The notes below the pieces were generated by a model. It saw only the letters and a list, made by a program, of their open reading frames with translations. It was not told the origin of the DNA and made no database searches. From the human T2T-CHM13v2.0 reference genome, Homo sapiens: 64,000 nt of DNA. A program made the position numbers and the translations under genes. The DNA lies in assembly GCF_009914755.1 (NCBI RefSeq), contig NC_060942.1. One strand, written 5' to 3'. Shown here in pieces: positions 49,996 to 63,200 of this stretch (position 1 is its first letter; every line of letters starts with the position of its first letter).

Positions 49996-52149
49996 GAGAC
50001 GTGTCCTTGCCTTTTCAATCCAAAGAGGTGCTTTCAGGACCTGCCTTCTTCATCAACTCTGAGCAGAGATGCTAATAGAGTCCAGGGCATGTCCATTCTT
50101 CCAGTGCACCCTCTTGCCCACAGCAGCCCAGAGTGGTCTCTGTGGTAGCCCCAGTACCACATCAGGTAGGGGCAGGGGCAGGGAGGAGGTTGGGAGAAGG
50201 ACAAGGAAGGAAAGTTGCTTCTGTAGCAGGAAATGCCTAAATCAGAGACTGAAAGTCAGAGTGGATTGTAGAGAGCAAACTAGTTGGAGGCAACATGCTG
50301 TCTGACAGCAGATGTCCCCCTTTCTCCCCAGCTTTGACAGCATTTAAGCTCTGCTCCCTTTCATCTCCTCTCATCATCTCTCTGGCACTATCCTTCCTCC
50401 AGGGTTAATGAATCACAGAAGTGGAGGGGAGGGCAGAAGCCACTGTGGCAGCCCACGTTTCCAGGGCCCTGTTTCTCATGCCCCTTGAAGCTGTGGCCTG
50501 TATGAACCACAAAGCACAGACATTCAGTAGTGATGATTCCAGCAGGTACTGGGACTCCAGTGGCTTGTCTAGTACTAGCTGGACAGAGTCTTCTTTTCAC
50601 TTCTGGAACCCAGCACACCTCTGGCTCTCCCCATCTCAAGCCTGTGTGCAATGGCTCTAACCCAAAGCAAGAGACTGCCCTTCAAAACCTTTTTACTCCC
50701 CGTGGTCTAGATGAAGTCCCACTTCTCCAATCACCCCAGCTTCATAGACAAACACTTCTTTCCGAAGAGGCAAAGGCCATATCATCGTCATTCTGTTTTT
50801 TCTTATGTGCTTCTTCCTGTCTCAGGGACTTTAAAGCCACTTTGCATTTTCCCCATCTCTTCCCAAGCCTAGCCTAGATGTGAGGACATAGCACATGATC
50901 AACCCATGATGTTCCTTCTGTTGCTTGATGGACCTAACTGTGGGAGAAGCCATTTCCTCCCAGTTCTCCAAGTCAGATAACAGAATAAAAAGCCCAAAAA
51001 TACTTACAGTTTAGCCAAAGCTATCAGCCATCTGTACTCATTTTAATCATAGCAAAAGTAACACATGTTTGTTTTAGAAAACTTGGAACATACTGAAAAT
51101 AATTTTTAAAAGCACATGTATTTTGGTGTATTTCCTGCCAGTGCAAATATGCACACATTTTCAAGGAAATTGGAATCATACCATATAGTTTTCTATGCTT
51201 CTTTTCCCTATACTGTTTATGGGGACACTTTTCATGTTGTTAAATATCTTTCAGAGGTGTCATTTTTCATGGCTGCAAAACATGCCACCATATGGATGTG
51301 CCTTGCCATATTGTCCTGTTGCCCTATCGTTGGATCTTCCAGGCATTTCCTGTTCCCAAGGGATCCCTGGAATACTCAGTCCCTACCCACCTACCCCCTC
51401 TTCGCCTTCAGGCCTCTGCTCCACCATTTAGCTGCATGGTGTGTCTATTAAGGCCCTATCTATTTAGGCCCTGCCTTAGCTTGACCAGCCCTTCCACCAA
51501 GCTCCCAACCTCTCAGCCTTCCAGAGAAGCTAATCCTTAGGATTTTCTCTGCCACCATTCATTAAACTCCCCCAACTCCCAGGTCCCAGGGGTGCACTCT
51601 TATCCACTCTGCCTTAACCAGCCAGCCCTCTCCTTAACTCCAAATACCCTGACACCCTAACGCCAGTGCCCATTTATCAATCTTATCTTTCTTGCCCTCT
51701 TTGTAGTACTGGACCTTTGATCCCTCCCTCCTTTCTGAACCTCTCCCCTCCCTTGCTTCTATCTCTCTTCCTCTCCTGTGCTGGTACCTATGTGTCCACT
51801 CCCCATTGGGCATGTACCCCAGGACTTATCCTCATCTTTCTTTCTTCTTCTTGACCAACTGGTTGCACCATTGGGATGTGATAATAAGGGCTGAATAAGA
51901 TGGTGCATGGGAACAGGAGTCCCCTGCACGTCTACAGGTGGCCAAAACTTGGCTCATGCTGTCCTCCCTAGAAGGCCTGAACTAAAACCTTCAGAGCCTC
52001 CTCCTCCATTTTGGAAGGGCTCCCTCTAGACCAGGGGCAAGTTTGTTTTATCCCTAAAGGATGAGTTCTCCTCTCTTAAGGGATTTTAGGGGGCTGAGCA
52101 GAACTAACCAGCTCCAGAGCAAATGGCCAAATTCCTAATTCCTAAAGGG

Positions 52150-52330
52150 TTTCTGGGTCTGACTGCCTGGATTCACTTTTTACCTGAGCAGTCTTGGAGC
52201 TTGGGTAAGTTATTTATCTCTTTGTGCCTCAGTTTCCTCTCTTGGAAAATGGAGATGAAGATGAGTAATGCACATAACATGCTTAGAAAATACCTGCCAC
52301 ATAGTAAACTTTGGTAAATATTAGCTGTTA
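52150..52330 (+). mobile_element. MIR SINE
   Basis: ttgggtaagttatttatctctttgtgcctcagtttcctctcttggaaaatggaga. Confidence 0.75.
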
Positions 52331-53350
52331 TTACCAATGTCCAAATTCTTATCTCAGGGAGATGAGGAGGCAAAAAAGCACCCCTACCTCCTTCTACTTC
52401 CCCGCTGTTCCAGAACAGAGGGAACTCTGGGGATCAGAGAGGGATGCCATGGACCAAATACACCCAGGAAGGTGGGGTTCTGAAGGTTTCTTTCCAAACC
52501 TTAAATATTTGAATTTGTAAGGAGATGGCTCTGATTCATCTCTCATGCTGGATTGTGAGATTCTTACAGACTAGGACTATGCTGTGCTCATCTTTGCATC
52601 TCTGCACATGCCAACCTGCCCACAATAGGTGTTCAACAAATGCAACAAATGAAATAAGCTGAGGATGGTATCAGAAAAAAAGAAAAATAAGATTAAGGAA
52701 GCTGAGAGTGAAGTCATCAGTATTTGATTCTTCCCCTGTCTAGGAAGTTAGCTTCCTGATGCTTATGGAGCTACAGCTGCTTGGGCTGAAGAGAACAAAG
52801 AGATGTGCATTCTCAAACAATAAGCATTTTGCTTTCCATTATCCCCCGCTGTTGATTACGAGGGAGGAAAAAAAAAAGGAGTCAGTTTCATTGGACATGA
52901 TTTTAAGATGTTGAAAAATGAGTACCATAGGCTATTATTAAATTAAAAACAAGATTCAAGCGATACCCCAGGACTTCCCAGGCCTTTGGTTGTGCATTAG
53001 TTGGACAGAATGCATTAGAACATTTCTATAAAACATGAGATGGAATTTGTGAAAAACCATATCTTGACTCAGAATTAATAAATTAGGAAAAATGATACAC
53101 CTTGTTATGGGCATAGAGCAGGCCCTCGGCCAGATGGTGAGGTCAGCATGGGTCATCTCAGGGGCTCCTGGCCTTCCTTTGTGGATCTCTTTCCTCTTGG
53201 GTGCTGCCCCCTTCCTTTGGTCTACTGGGACCCTCGTGCTGAGCAAACTCCCAATCACGAAGGCAGCTGGACGGTGAACTGTGTCCCAGAGCTCTCCTCA
53301 ACCTCCCTCACCCTTTTCCTCAGCAACCTGGCCAAAAAATATATTGCCGG

Positions 53351-53802
53351 TGTCATGGGTTGAATGATGTTCCCCTAAATTTCACATTTACCTGGAACCT
53401 CAGAATGTGACCTTATTTGGAAACAATGTCTTTGCAGAGATAGTTAAGGATCTCAAGATGGAATCATCCTAGATTGAGGGTGAGCCCTATATTCAATGAC
53501 GAGTGTCCTTATTAGACAGGCAGAGGACACATAGAGAGATCCGAAGAGAAGTGGGCCATGTGAAGACAGAGGTAGGCAGAGAACAGGGTGATGCTGTCAC
53601 AAGCCAGGGAATGCCTACAATCACCAAAAGCGAGAAGAGGCAAGAAAGGAATTATTTCCTAGAGCTTCTAAGGAAGTGTGGCCATGCTGACACCTTGACT
53701 GTGGACTCGTAGCCTTCAGAACTGTGAGAGAACAAACTCCTATTGCTCTAAGCCACCAAGTTTGTGCCAATTTATACAGCAGCACTGGGGAATCCATACT
53801 AT
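53351..53802 (+). mobile_element. MLT1 (B/C-like) MaLR solo LTR
   Basis: tgtcatgggttgaat...ggaacctcagaatgtgaccttatttgg...cagaactgtgagagaacaaa...taagccaccaagtttgtg. Confidence 0.85.
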
Positions 53803-54255
53803 AGGCATGAGATACTAGTGACTGAAAATGGGTAAATCTGTTACCCACAGAAGCATTTTACACTTTAAATATAATTAACTGGAGAGCTGATCCCTTAAAC
53901 CCAAAGGAAAGAATCTCAACTGGTAGAGTTTTCAGCACAATGGTCAGCCATTGGGTTTTAGGTCTTTTCCAAGTGCATCATAAACCACCCCATGAAGATA
54001 ACCAATGCATCTGTGGATGTATCCTGAGCAGGTGGGTGTGAATCCCTTAGAAGGTGGTAAGAAGTTAATGGGACTAATGTTTCAGTTTCCCAAAGTGATT
54101 GAATCATGTTTGCTTCAGATGAAGATTTCATTTCAAAGAGGATCAATTTAGGAGGTATTTAGAAATTATACTAAAAATAGTTAGAAAAATAGGGAATGAT
54201 GTTTGGCAGAAGTTTGCTCTTTGATCTGCAAATACTGACTGATCTATTTTCAAAG

Positions 54256-54364
54256 CACTGCATTGATAGGTAAGATATAAATACGAACGTGATCTAAAGC
54301 AAAGGGTGACCACTGCATTGACAGGTAAGATATAAATACAAATGTGATCTAAAGCAGAAGGTGA
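54256..54364. repeat. Tandem duplication, 55-bp unit x2
   Basis: cactgcattgaYaggtaagatataaatacRaaYgtgatctaaagc... at 54256 and 54311. Confidence 0.95.
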
Positions 54365-54509
54365 GCAACTTCACCTAGAAAGTAGTCTTGCAAGAAAAAA
54401 AAATAGCCATGAATCTGATCAAACCTTTAGATTTAACTACTAATTTACATTAACATAGGGAAGACTAGACCATTTTAAGGGACGCCAAGAGGAATCAGTC
54501 ACAAATGCA

Positions 54510-54810
54510 TCTTAAACTTTAACTACATGAAAATCACCTGGAAAGGCAGGTGCAGGGGCCCACACCTGTAATCTCAGCAACTCGGGAAGTTGAAGCAGGA
54601 GTATTGTTTGAGTCCAGGAGTTCAATTCCTGCCTGGGCAACATAGTGAGACCCCATCTCAAAAAAAAAAAAAAAGAGTAAAAAAGAAAATCATCTGGAGA
54701 GCTTTTGGGAGCTAGGCAATTCTGTTTCATGAGTTCTGGGGTGGGACCTGCAATTTTGCATTTCTAATAAGCTTCCAAGTGATGGAGACCACGCTTTGAG
54801 AACCATTGCT
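54510..54810. mobile_element. MER5 element interrupted by an Alu monomer (FLAM-like, ~54545-54685)
   Basis: TSD aaaatcacctggaaa / aaaatcatctggaga; MER5 end ctttgagaaccattg. Confidence 0.8.
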
Positions 54811-54839
54811 ACAGAAGACAGTTTTCTCCATAACAACAA

Positions 54840-55260
54840 GCAAAATTACAAGAAAAAAAAAGAAGTGGAGAAAGAACATGTATTTTAAAAAGATATAAGA
54901 GATACTTCAACCAATACAAACTGTAGTGTGTGTGTGTTGTGTGTGTATGAGACAATTAGAGAAATTTGAATACCGAATGGATGTTTTATGATCTTCAGAA
55001 AATATTGTCAATATTTTAGGTGTGATAATGTTTAGTTTTAAAATAATTCTTACCTTGTAAAGCCATACACTGTAATATTCAGAGGTAAAATAATAATAAG
55101 TCTGAGGTTTACTTAAAAACTTGGGGAGTACGCAGGGAGGGAGCACTAGTGAGACATGACTGGCCATGCGTTGATCATTACTGAAACTCGGTCATGGGTG
55201 CATACTATTCTGTCTACATTTGTATATATTTGAAATTTTGCATAATAAAAGTTTAAGAAT
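54840..55260 (+). mobile_element. Old L1ME-like 3' UTR fragment
   Basis: ...tactattctgtctacatttgtatatatttgaaattttgcataataaaagtt. Confidence 0.7.
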
Positions 55261-55477
55261 AAATGAATCAAGCAGAGGGCCACCTTTAGATTCATCTAGA
55301 CTTTATGCAGGACCCACTGTATACAGTATCTTCACATGTATTTCTTTTAACTCTCACAACAGTCTTTTTATGGTGGTTCAGATAGACTGACTTGCCCATT
55401 TTTACGCTGCTAGTTAATGTTAAAGTCTGGAACTCATGGTCAGGCCTCCTGACTCAACACATGGTGCTTATTCCATT

Positions 55478-55675
55478 GTATCAGATTTCATCACACTTAA
55501 GGAGGCAGAAGAATCACCTTGGGAGCTTATTTAAAACTCAGATTCCAGGTCCCCACCCCCAGAGTATCTCTGATCCAGAGGATTTGGGGTGAGGCTCAAA
55601 AATGTGTGTTTTCAATAAGTCTCCCAGGTGACTATAACGCAGGTGATTTGGGGACTGCACTTTGAGAAACACAGT
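55478..55675. mobile_element. MER5A
   Basis: agaatcaccttgggagcttatttaaaactcagattccaggtccccacccccagag...ctttgagaaacac. Confidence 0.75.
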
Positions 55676-56311
55676 CTTAGGTTGTTGAGCCAACTGGAAT
55701 GAAGAATAATAGAGCACTCAGTTTCCCAAAAAAGACATCTAGGTTCAGAAGCCCGAAGTCCCAAGAAACAATTCTACCAATCTTTGATTCCTTCTATAAA
55801 TATTAGGGTGATTAATTCAACTTCAGCTGGATTTCAAGACCTTTCCACAACTGCTAAATGATTAATGCTCTATTCTGTAGAAGTAACAGCATTTGAGTCA
55901 CCTGGTACACTCTCTTCAAGGGCCCAGAGCTGAATGGCACAATTAACGATGAAACAAGCACCCTGTGCCACACTTCCCTTAAAGGAGGAGCTTCCCAAGG
56001 CTGTGAATATCAGCTGTTTTTCCCTTTGCCAAACAAAAGAAAGAGTTTTTGTCTAATTCTAATCTTGTCTGCTGATCCCTGCCAAAGACTTTAATGAACA
56101 TTAAAGTTCTGGAAATTCTCTCGGAAATGCTAATAGAGCAGCTGGTAGGGCAAGTGTGTTGGGGGAGGATGTCACAAATTTTCTTCAGGAATTTGGAGAG
56201 GCAAAGATGATTTGCCTTCTGATACCACACCTCGTGTTCAAAGAAGGCTCTGACACAGTCTCATTTTTGCTAATGAGTAGAGTTTAGAAGGCAGATTACA
56301 ACTTCTATTTC

Positions 56312-56478
56312 ATTGGTTCTGCACCTCAGCTACATGTTCAAATCATCTAGAGAAATGTAAAATCTCTGACTGTGTAGCCCCCTACTCTGGACTGATTATA
56401 TCAGAATTGCAAGAAAACTCAGGTGTCTGCAGTTTAGAACTTCCCATGTGATTGTGCAGCCAAGGTTGAGAACCATTC
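56312..56478. mobile_element. MER5B-like
   Basis: cattggttct...gtgcagccaaggttgagaaccatt. Confidence 0.65.
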
Positions 56479-57194
56479 CTGATGCTTTAACACTGTCTTT
56501 CCCTTTGAAACTCTGCTTCTAGACATTTGGTTCCTGAGTTCCAGGGACTGGATATCAGTCTTCCCCTGTGTCTTCCTCAGCATCCAATACCACTGGGTGT
56601 AGATGTTGTCCTCAACAAATACTTCATTTACTCAGGAAGTATTCATTGGACCTACTATGTGTCCAGATGTGGGGAATATGAAAATAGTAATGAAAGAATT
56701 AAATAGCAACTCAAGATATTTTTCTGCAGCTACTTAATACTGAGGGATTTCAGAAGGCAGGGCAGTTTTGGGGGTAATCCTAGGAGGCTATACCTAAGAG
56801 CTGGGCCTTGAGGATATGGAAGATTTGGGCAGTGGAAAGAGAGATAAGGGGGAGGAGAGAAGGCCTAGAGATGACTCCCTCAGATAGGCAGAGAGGCCCC
56901 AACTCAGGACCCAATGCTAAGCTTCGTGGTGTCAAGTTCTTCCCTTCTGCAACATGCTGGCATTTTAGGACATCTAATTTCTACTTCCAGAGTGAGCATC
57001 CAGAGGTCTACCGCAAAGAAGATAGTACTGTAAGTTAGGAAACCATATAAGGATGGGCAAGTCTCAACCCCTCTGGTCCTTTGTCTCTGTTAAATAAGAA
57101 ACAGAAGCTAAGAGAACTTTAAGTTTCTCTTTCCATCAATTTGCTGAATAAATTCTCTAATTCAGGTCCCAGAACCATGAGACATAGACCCCAC

Positions 57195-58205
57195 TTTTAA
57201 AATAAACTTTATTAAGGTATAATTTATATACAGTAAAATGCATTTAAGTGTAAATTTTGATGAGTTGTGACAAATTTATATACCCATGCCATCACCACTA
57301 TAGTCAAGATAGAGGACATTTCCATTACCCCCCAAAGTCCCTCTAAGTCCTTTCCCAGTCAATTGTCACTTTCCTCCACTCCAGCCCTAGCTAATCACAG
57401 ATCTACTTTCTGTCATTATAGATTAGATTACTGTTTTCTAGAGTTAAGCATATGTAATCTGCACTCTTTGATGTCTGGCTTTTTTTATTCAACATGTTTT
57501 GAAATCTATCCATCAGTATGTATCAGTTAGTTCATTCCTATATAATGCCGAAGAGTATCCCACTGAATGGATATACCATAGTTTGTTGACATATTCATCT
57601 GTTCATGGACATTTGGGTTGCTCTCAGTTTTGGACTATTAAGAATAAATCAGCCGGGCATGGTGGCTCACGCCTGTAATCCCAGCACTTTGGGAGGCGAG
57701 GCAGGCAGATCACCAGGTCAGGAGATCAAGACCATCCTGGCCAACATGGTGAAACCCCATCTTTACTAAAAATACAAAAATTAGCTGGGTGTGGTGGTGC
57801 ATGCCTGTAATCTCAGCAACTCAGGAGGCTGACTCAGGAGAATCGCTTGAACCAGGGAATTGGAGGTTTCAGTGAGCCGAGATCACGCCACTGCACTCCA
57901 GCCTGGCAACAGAGCAAGGCTCTGTCTAAAAAAAAAAAAAAAAAAAAAAAAAAGAATAAATCTACTCTGAATGTTCATGTACAAGTTAATGTGTGAATAT
58001 TTATTCTTATTTATTTTGGGCAAATACCTAAGAATTAGTTTGTGTGGTTTCATGGTAAGTATATAAATAACTTTGTAAGAAATTCCAAACTGCTTTCCAA
58101 AATGGCTGTGCCATTTTTCATTCCCACCATTAACATGTGAGTATTCCATTTGATCTATATTGTTGTCAACTCTTGGTATTGTCAGTCTTTTAAATTCTGG
58201 CTGTA
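57195..58205 (-). mobile_element. L1MB/ME 3' fragment interrupted by an Alu
   Basis: ctttattaaggtataatttatatacagtaaaatgc...tccaaactgctttccaaaatggctgtgccatt. Confidence 0.8.
57651..57952 (+). mobile_element. AluS
   Basis: Full Alu with long A tail; TSD aagaataaatc. Confidence 0.95.
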
Positions 58206-59138
58206 CAGGTTTTGTTTTGATGTTTGATTTTAGGTTATGCCTACACAGAAGGGCCCTTAGAGCATTTCGGTGGGAGCTCTGTATTATGCTGCTTGGATCC
58301 AGGATGAGTTCAGGTGTCTCAGATTCTTTCAGGTCCAAATACACTAGCCAGTTTCACCAGCAGTCAAGAGCAGGATGAGCCTGATGACTTGATGCCATCT
58401 TTACCACCCATACATGAGTCAAGCTTTAAGGTCCTCTGCAGTCAGATTTCACAGTCCTAGAGCCACAGCTAATGCCTCCCTGAGCTCTCCTAGTGGGCGA
58501 CTGACACATTCTTTAATGAAGAGACGCTGCCTTTGAGTACCAGGAAGTTCTTCTTCCCATTCATGGCAACCCCTTCATCTGATTATATGTTTTAATGAAG
58601 GAGAATGAGGAGAGAAAATGAGTGCCAGACGTATCTGGAATGGGTCTGAACAATAATTACATTCTGCAGTGAAATTTCTAAAATGCTCCATTCAGTGTGC
58701 TTTGGAAAAGGCTGGCAGGGGAGAACTGCGTGTTCCTGAAAACAGAACTAAGGAAGCGCAATTTAAAGCTCTAGCATAGAAACATGCCTACAACAACTGA
58801 AGAAAGCCCTTTCCTTTTTCAAAAGAAAAAATATAAATTGAAGCTCAGTGAAGAGTGAACATTCAGACCTCCCTGGTAATGGATTCCTTCCCACACTGGA
58901 TTCTAAAACAGTAAGGGAAGATAACAGGGTACATCCAACCTCCTCAGCCCCAGGGAAATTTAACTGGGTGAATATTGGTCGGATACCTCACCAGACTCCA
59001 GAAACTGAAGTGCCCTGATCGGGCAGCTCTTTCTTCCTCAGCCAGGCTGTGATTTGTCTACAACTGAAGGCAAAGAGCTGAGGGTGATTATGAGCTGTGT
59101 CTCTGGTCTGTGAGGGTGACCACCAGGAAGGCAGTGCT

Positions 59139-59245
59139 GGTGACACTCCCAGGGGCCCAGATGCTCCCCTAGAAGGTGACACTCCCAGGGATCCAGATGC
59201 TCCCCTAGAAGGTGACAGTCCCAGGGATCCAGATGCTCCCCTAGA
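59139..59245. repeat. 36-bp minisatellite x3
   Basis: ggtgacactcccagggRYccagatgctcccctagaa at 59139, 59175 and 59211. Confidence 0.95.
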
Positions 59246-59644
59246 GGGATGTCAGGTTTCTGCCTGAAAATTCTAGTATTTCCTCTGTACTCCCCAAAGG
59301 GATGGAGGCCATGTCAGCCTTACATGTGGGCACCAGAGGCCAATTTTAAGTGTCCACTGGCTGTGGCCCTTCCCCCCGTCCCACAGTAGTCTTATCCCTG
59401 TCCTGACAGTTTGTATGGACAAAACTTCCCCTGAAGCTCAGAATGCTGAGAGGTTTTCTAAGCATGTTCCAAGACCTAGGGCTTCTTAGAGATAACATGG
59501 AAATGTCCCCCCACCCCCTCAACAAATCCCCGTAGGATTCTATAACAATTCCAAAGTCTGTGCCTTTAACAAAAGGCAGAGAACAGGCATTTTAGAGAAC
59601 CCATCCAGAATCAGATTTTCTGGGTCCAAATTGTATGACTTTCC

Positions 59645-60040
59645 TGGTAGTTGGGATTCTCCAGAGAAACAGAACCAGTATATATTTTTATTACAAGGAA
59701 TTGACTCAAGTATGGAGGCTGAGCAGTTCCAAGATCCGAGAACCAGGAGACGACCTGATGCTACAAGTCCCAGCCAGACTCTGAAATCAGAAGAGTGTGC
59801 TTCGGTCTGTGCTCAAAGACAGTCAGGTAGAGAAAAAATTCTCTCTTGCTTAGCATTTCATTCTACTCAGGCTTTCAAAGGATTGGGTGAGGATTACCCC
59901 CATTCAGGAGCGCAATCTGATTTACTCACTCCACAGATTCAAATGTTAGTCTTATCCAGAAACACCCAGACTAATGCTTGACCAAATAACCAGGCACCCC
60001 ATGGCCTAGTCAAATTGTTACATAAAATTAACCATTATAA
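59645..60040. mobile_element. MLT2 (ERVL) LTR
   Basis: ttctccagagaaacagaacc...aaggaattgactca...ggaggctgagcagttccaagatc...acataaaattaaccat. Confidence 0.8.
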
Positions 60041-60200
60041 CCTTGAACGAAGTCACTTTGTCTCGCTGTGCCTCAGTTTCCTCATTTATAAAATAGGTGT
60101 TATCACAGCCCCTTCCTCACCTGGTTGGTGAGAAGTTTAAGAGAGGCCAAATACACAAACTACTTGGCAGAATGCTTGGAATGCAGTAAGTGCCTTAGCT
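60040..60200 (+). mobile_element. MIR SINE
   Basis: ctgtgcctcagtttcctcatttataaaatagg. Confidence 0.75.
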
Positions 60201-63200
60201 CCTGGGGAGGAGAGAAGTAGTAGGAAAGAAGCAAAGAGGAATTGGAGAAGGGCTTCCTGGGCTAATTTATCACAAACTTAACCATTTCTTCACCCTTACT
60301 GCTAGAGTTCCTTCTCTATCTCTCTTTCTCCATTTGTAGCAGCTCTGATATCCACATTTGAAAAAGGTTCTGATTCCCCTGAGTGACAGTTTCTTCACTT
60401 CTCTTTTTTGTCAGCCTCTCTTCATGGAGAATCTAATTTTTCCACTCAGAATTTCTGATGAAGATGAAGGCAGAGAGAGGGCTGAGCATGTCATGGGGAC
60501 ATTGTTGTCAGCCGCCCTGATGTTGGATGTTGTGGGAATGGAGTGACTGCCTCCCAAACCATCTACCTGCTGTTGACACAATGCAAGAAGTCCAAAGGCC
60601 TTTTTCCCAGGCTGACCCAGCACCTTGTGCTGCTGAGCTTATTCAAATGACCATTGCATTAAATATCACCGTGGAGACAGTTAATGCAGTAATATTACCA
60701 GCTGGGAATATGCCTTACAGTGGAAGCCAAGGGAGGCAAGAGGAGGTAGTGCGGAAATGGTTTATGTGAAAGACGTCTTCCCTTTACACAAAAATGTCCA
60801 AAAACTATTAATTTTGGGCAGCAGCAAGGAAGAAATACATGAAAGGAAAATTGATTTCTATTTAAATGGTATGTTTTCATCACCTTTCTTCAGAGCCTAA
60901 GCATTCATCTTTGAGTACCTGTGCTAATTGATTTTGAATGCAATTCAACGCGATCGCTGCACAATAATAAATCTCAGGGCAAAGAGGATAAAGGAGGGAA
61001 CTTGAGCCAAACAGGAAGTGGTGTGACACGTGGCATCTAAAAGGTGTGTCTGTGTCATCCTGGGGTGAGCTCAGGAGCAGTACTGATGGGAGGCGGGATA
61101 GTCTAGGCAGCAGGAGCTGCTTGTTTGTATAACAACCTTGAACTTGAACTCTTCCAGCTGATCCAGGGAGTGTCAACTGCTGGGCCACCGCCTGGGGCTC
61201 AGGCGACCTGTCCCCAGGCATGCTGTGGTCCTCTCTGAAGGAGGAAGGCACTCTTGTGGCTACTCTTCCATTCTTCCTTGTAGTACCTGTTGCCTTCTTT
61301 CTTTTCCAGCTGCCCCCCCACCACTGCCCACAGCCCTGGTCTTCCTGGCAAGCCTCTTTCTTATTACCCATTCTCCCTAAAGTTCATGCCCATTCCTCCA
61401 TGGGCTGTCACTTTGGAAGGCAAGTGGCTGAGCTGTTCCCTGGAAGATATAACAGAACCATGCTAGAGACCCTGAACTCTACCAGTGATGGAGGAATGAA
61501 TCTCAAAATAAGAGTCCAGGCTCCATGGCTGGCACATGGGGCAAGTAGAACCTTTGGGATTCATTTGGGTAACCCCCTAAGGGTGCCTGACCACCTCTGC
61601 AAGGGCCATGCCATTGTTCATCCCCAGGAGAGGTGAGGCAGGAAGGGGTTGGCAGGAGGGTGAGGGTGCAAGATTGGATAGGAAGAAAAGGAGTCTACGA
61701 GGGCTCTTTGCTACTCAGTGGCCATGTGACAGTTTTAATGTTTCTTTCTTGAGCAGAAATATAGCAGATAAAAAAAGAACCACAAATCTGTCAAAATGCC
61801 CTGTGCAAAGAAGCTGAACAATCACAAAAAAGTGTTGTGCCCATTCCTGAAAATATTTTCACCACGTGGTGAAAATAATTCATGGGAACTTGGTCCAATC
61901 TCCATGCATCGGGTCAGCAGGTGACTCAACTCAGAAGGAAAGAGCAGATGGTGTGGTGAGTGTGCAGGAGCCCGAGAAAAGCTGAGATTTGGAGACCAGT
62001 GGTGGTCTGGTGGGCTTGTGCAGTAGTTAGCCATACTGTTTGTACAGGACCAGCTCCAATTCGCAACAGGATCAAATCTTTATACCGACCCACTTGGCAT
62101 TCCTGGAAGTTTGATGTGGCAGGGCTACTCTTGAGCAGGACTGAACCGTCTCCAAGCGTTTTTCTCTAAATGATTGAGATCAGGAGTTTATTTCTGAGAA
62201 TGAACAGTCCTATCCAAGATGTATCTACTTAACCCAGAAGCAACATGTATATGAGATCAAAATACAAAGCCATTGCAGTCAGTTTGGGCATGAAGGCAGT
62301 TAATCCAAATTTCCAATGCACAGACAAATCATCCCAAGACAGACTGAATTATTCATGGACTTAATGGTTTATGTTTTGTACAGATATCACTTTATTTTTT
62401 ATGGTAAGAAGTTTAGTTGCCATGTAAGTATATTGAAAATTAAAATAATTATTTCTGTTTACACGACATGAAATGAACTGGACCCTCATGTCCTACATCT
62501 CTCCCCATTGCTATCTCTTTCATTCATTCATTTATTTACAGTCTCTATCCTCTTGCAGTTTACCACTTGGTGGGGGAAAGCAAGCATTAAGCAGATAAGC
62601 ATTTCTTCCTGTGTTGTGGGGCTACGATAAGAGAGATTTAAAGCAAAAAGGCCTGGCCCCTGGCACAGCCGAGTCAAGCTTTCATTTTCCCCCAGCTTGC
62701 CAAGATGCGGTCTCTGTTTCTGTCTCCCCACCTGCCAACCGCCCAGGTGGCCCATTGATTTCTGACATGCCGTGATGTAAAATGGCACATCGTGGTATCA
62801 TTAGGTGCAATGCTGACAAAGGTAAAAGAAAACCCCTTCTGGCTCATGCTGAGAGTTCCTTCTCTCACACCCACCGCTCACTGTAGCCAGTTCCTGAATT
62901 GCATTTACAGCCGGGAGGATGCGGCAGCAAAGACACCCCACGGAGGGAGGAAGAGAAATGAAATTTCTCTCGGACCCATTGATCTCTCCTCTGAGCAATT
63001 TACTAGTCGGGGAGGTGGAGAAGCGGCAGGAGAAGCGCTTAGGGCTGCTCTTTATCTCACTTCTGAGGGCTGGGGACATCCCTAAGTGAATCTGCAACTC
63101 ACTGAGGCCACACTCCCTGCTGACAGTCCCTTGGTGACAAACCCCTGACTTTGCAGGACCAAAACCAAGAAAACAGAGGTAGGCAATAATTTGGAATAGG

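Noticed and set aside
59139-59245. CRISPR-like array (36-bp repeats)
   Set aside because: The repeats are directly tandem with no unique spacers, there are no cas genes, and the context is eukaryotic.
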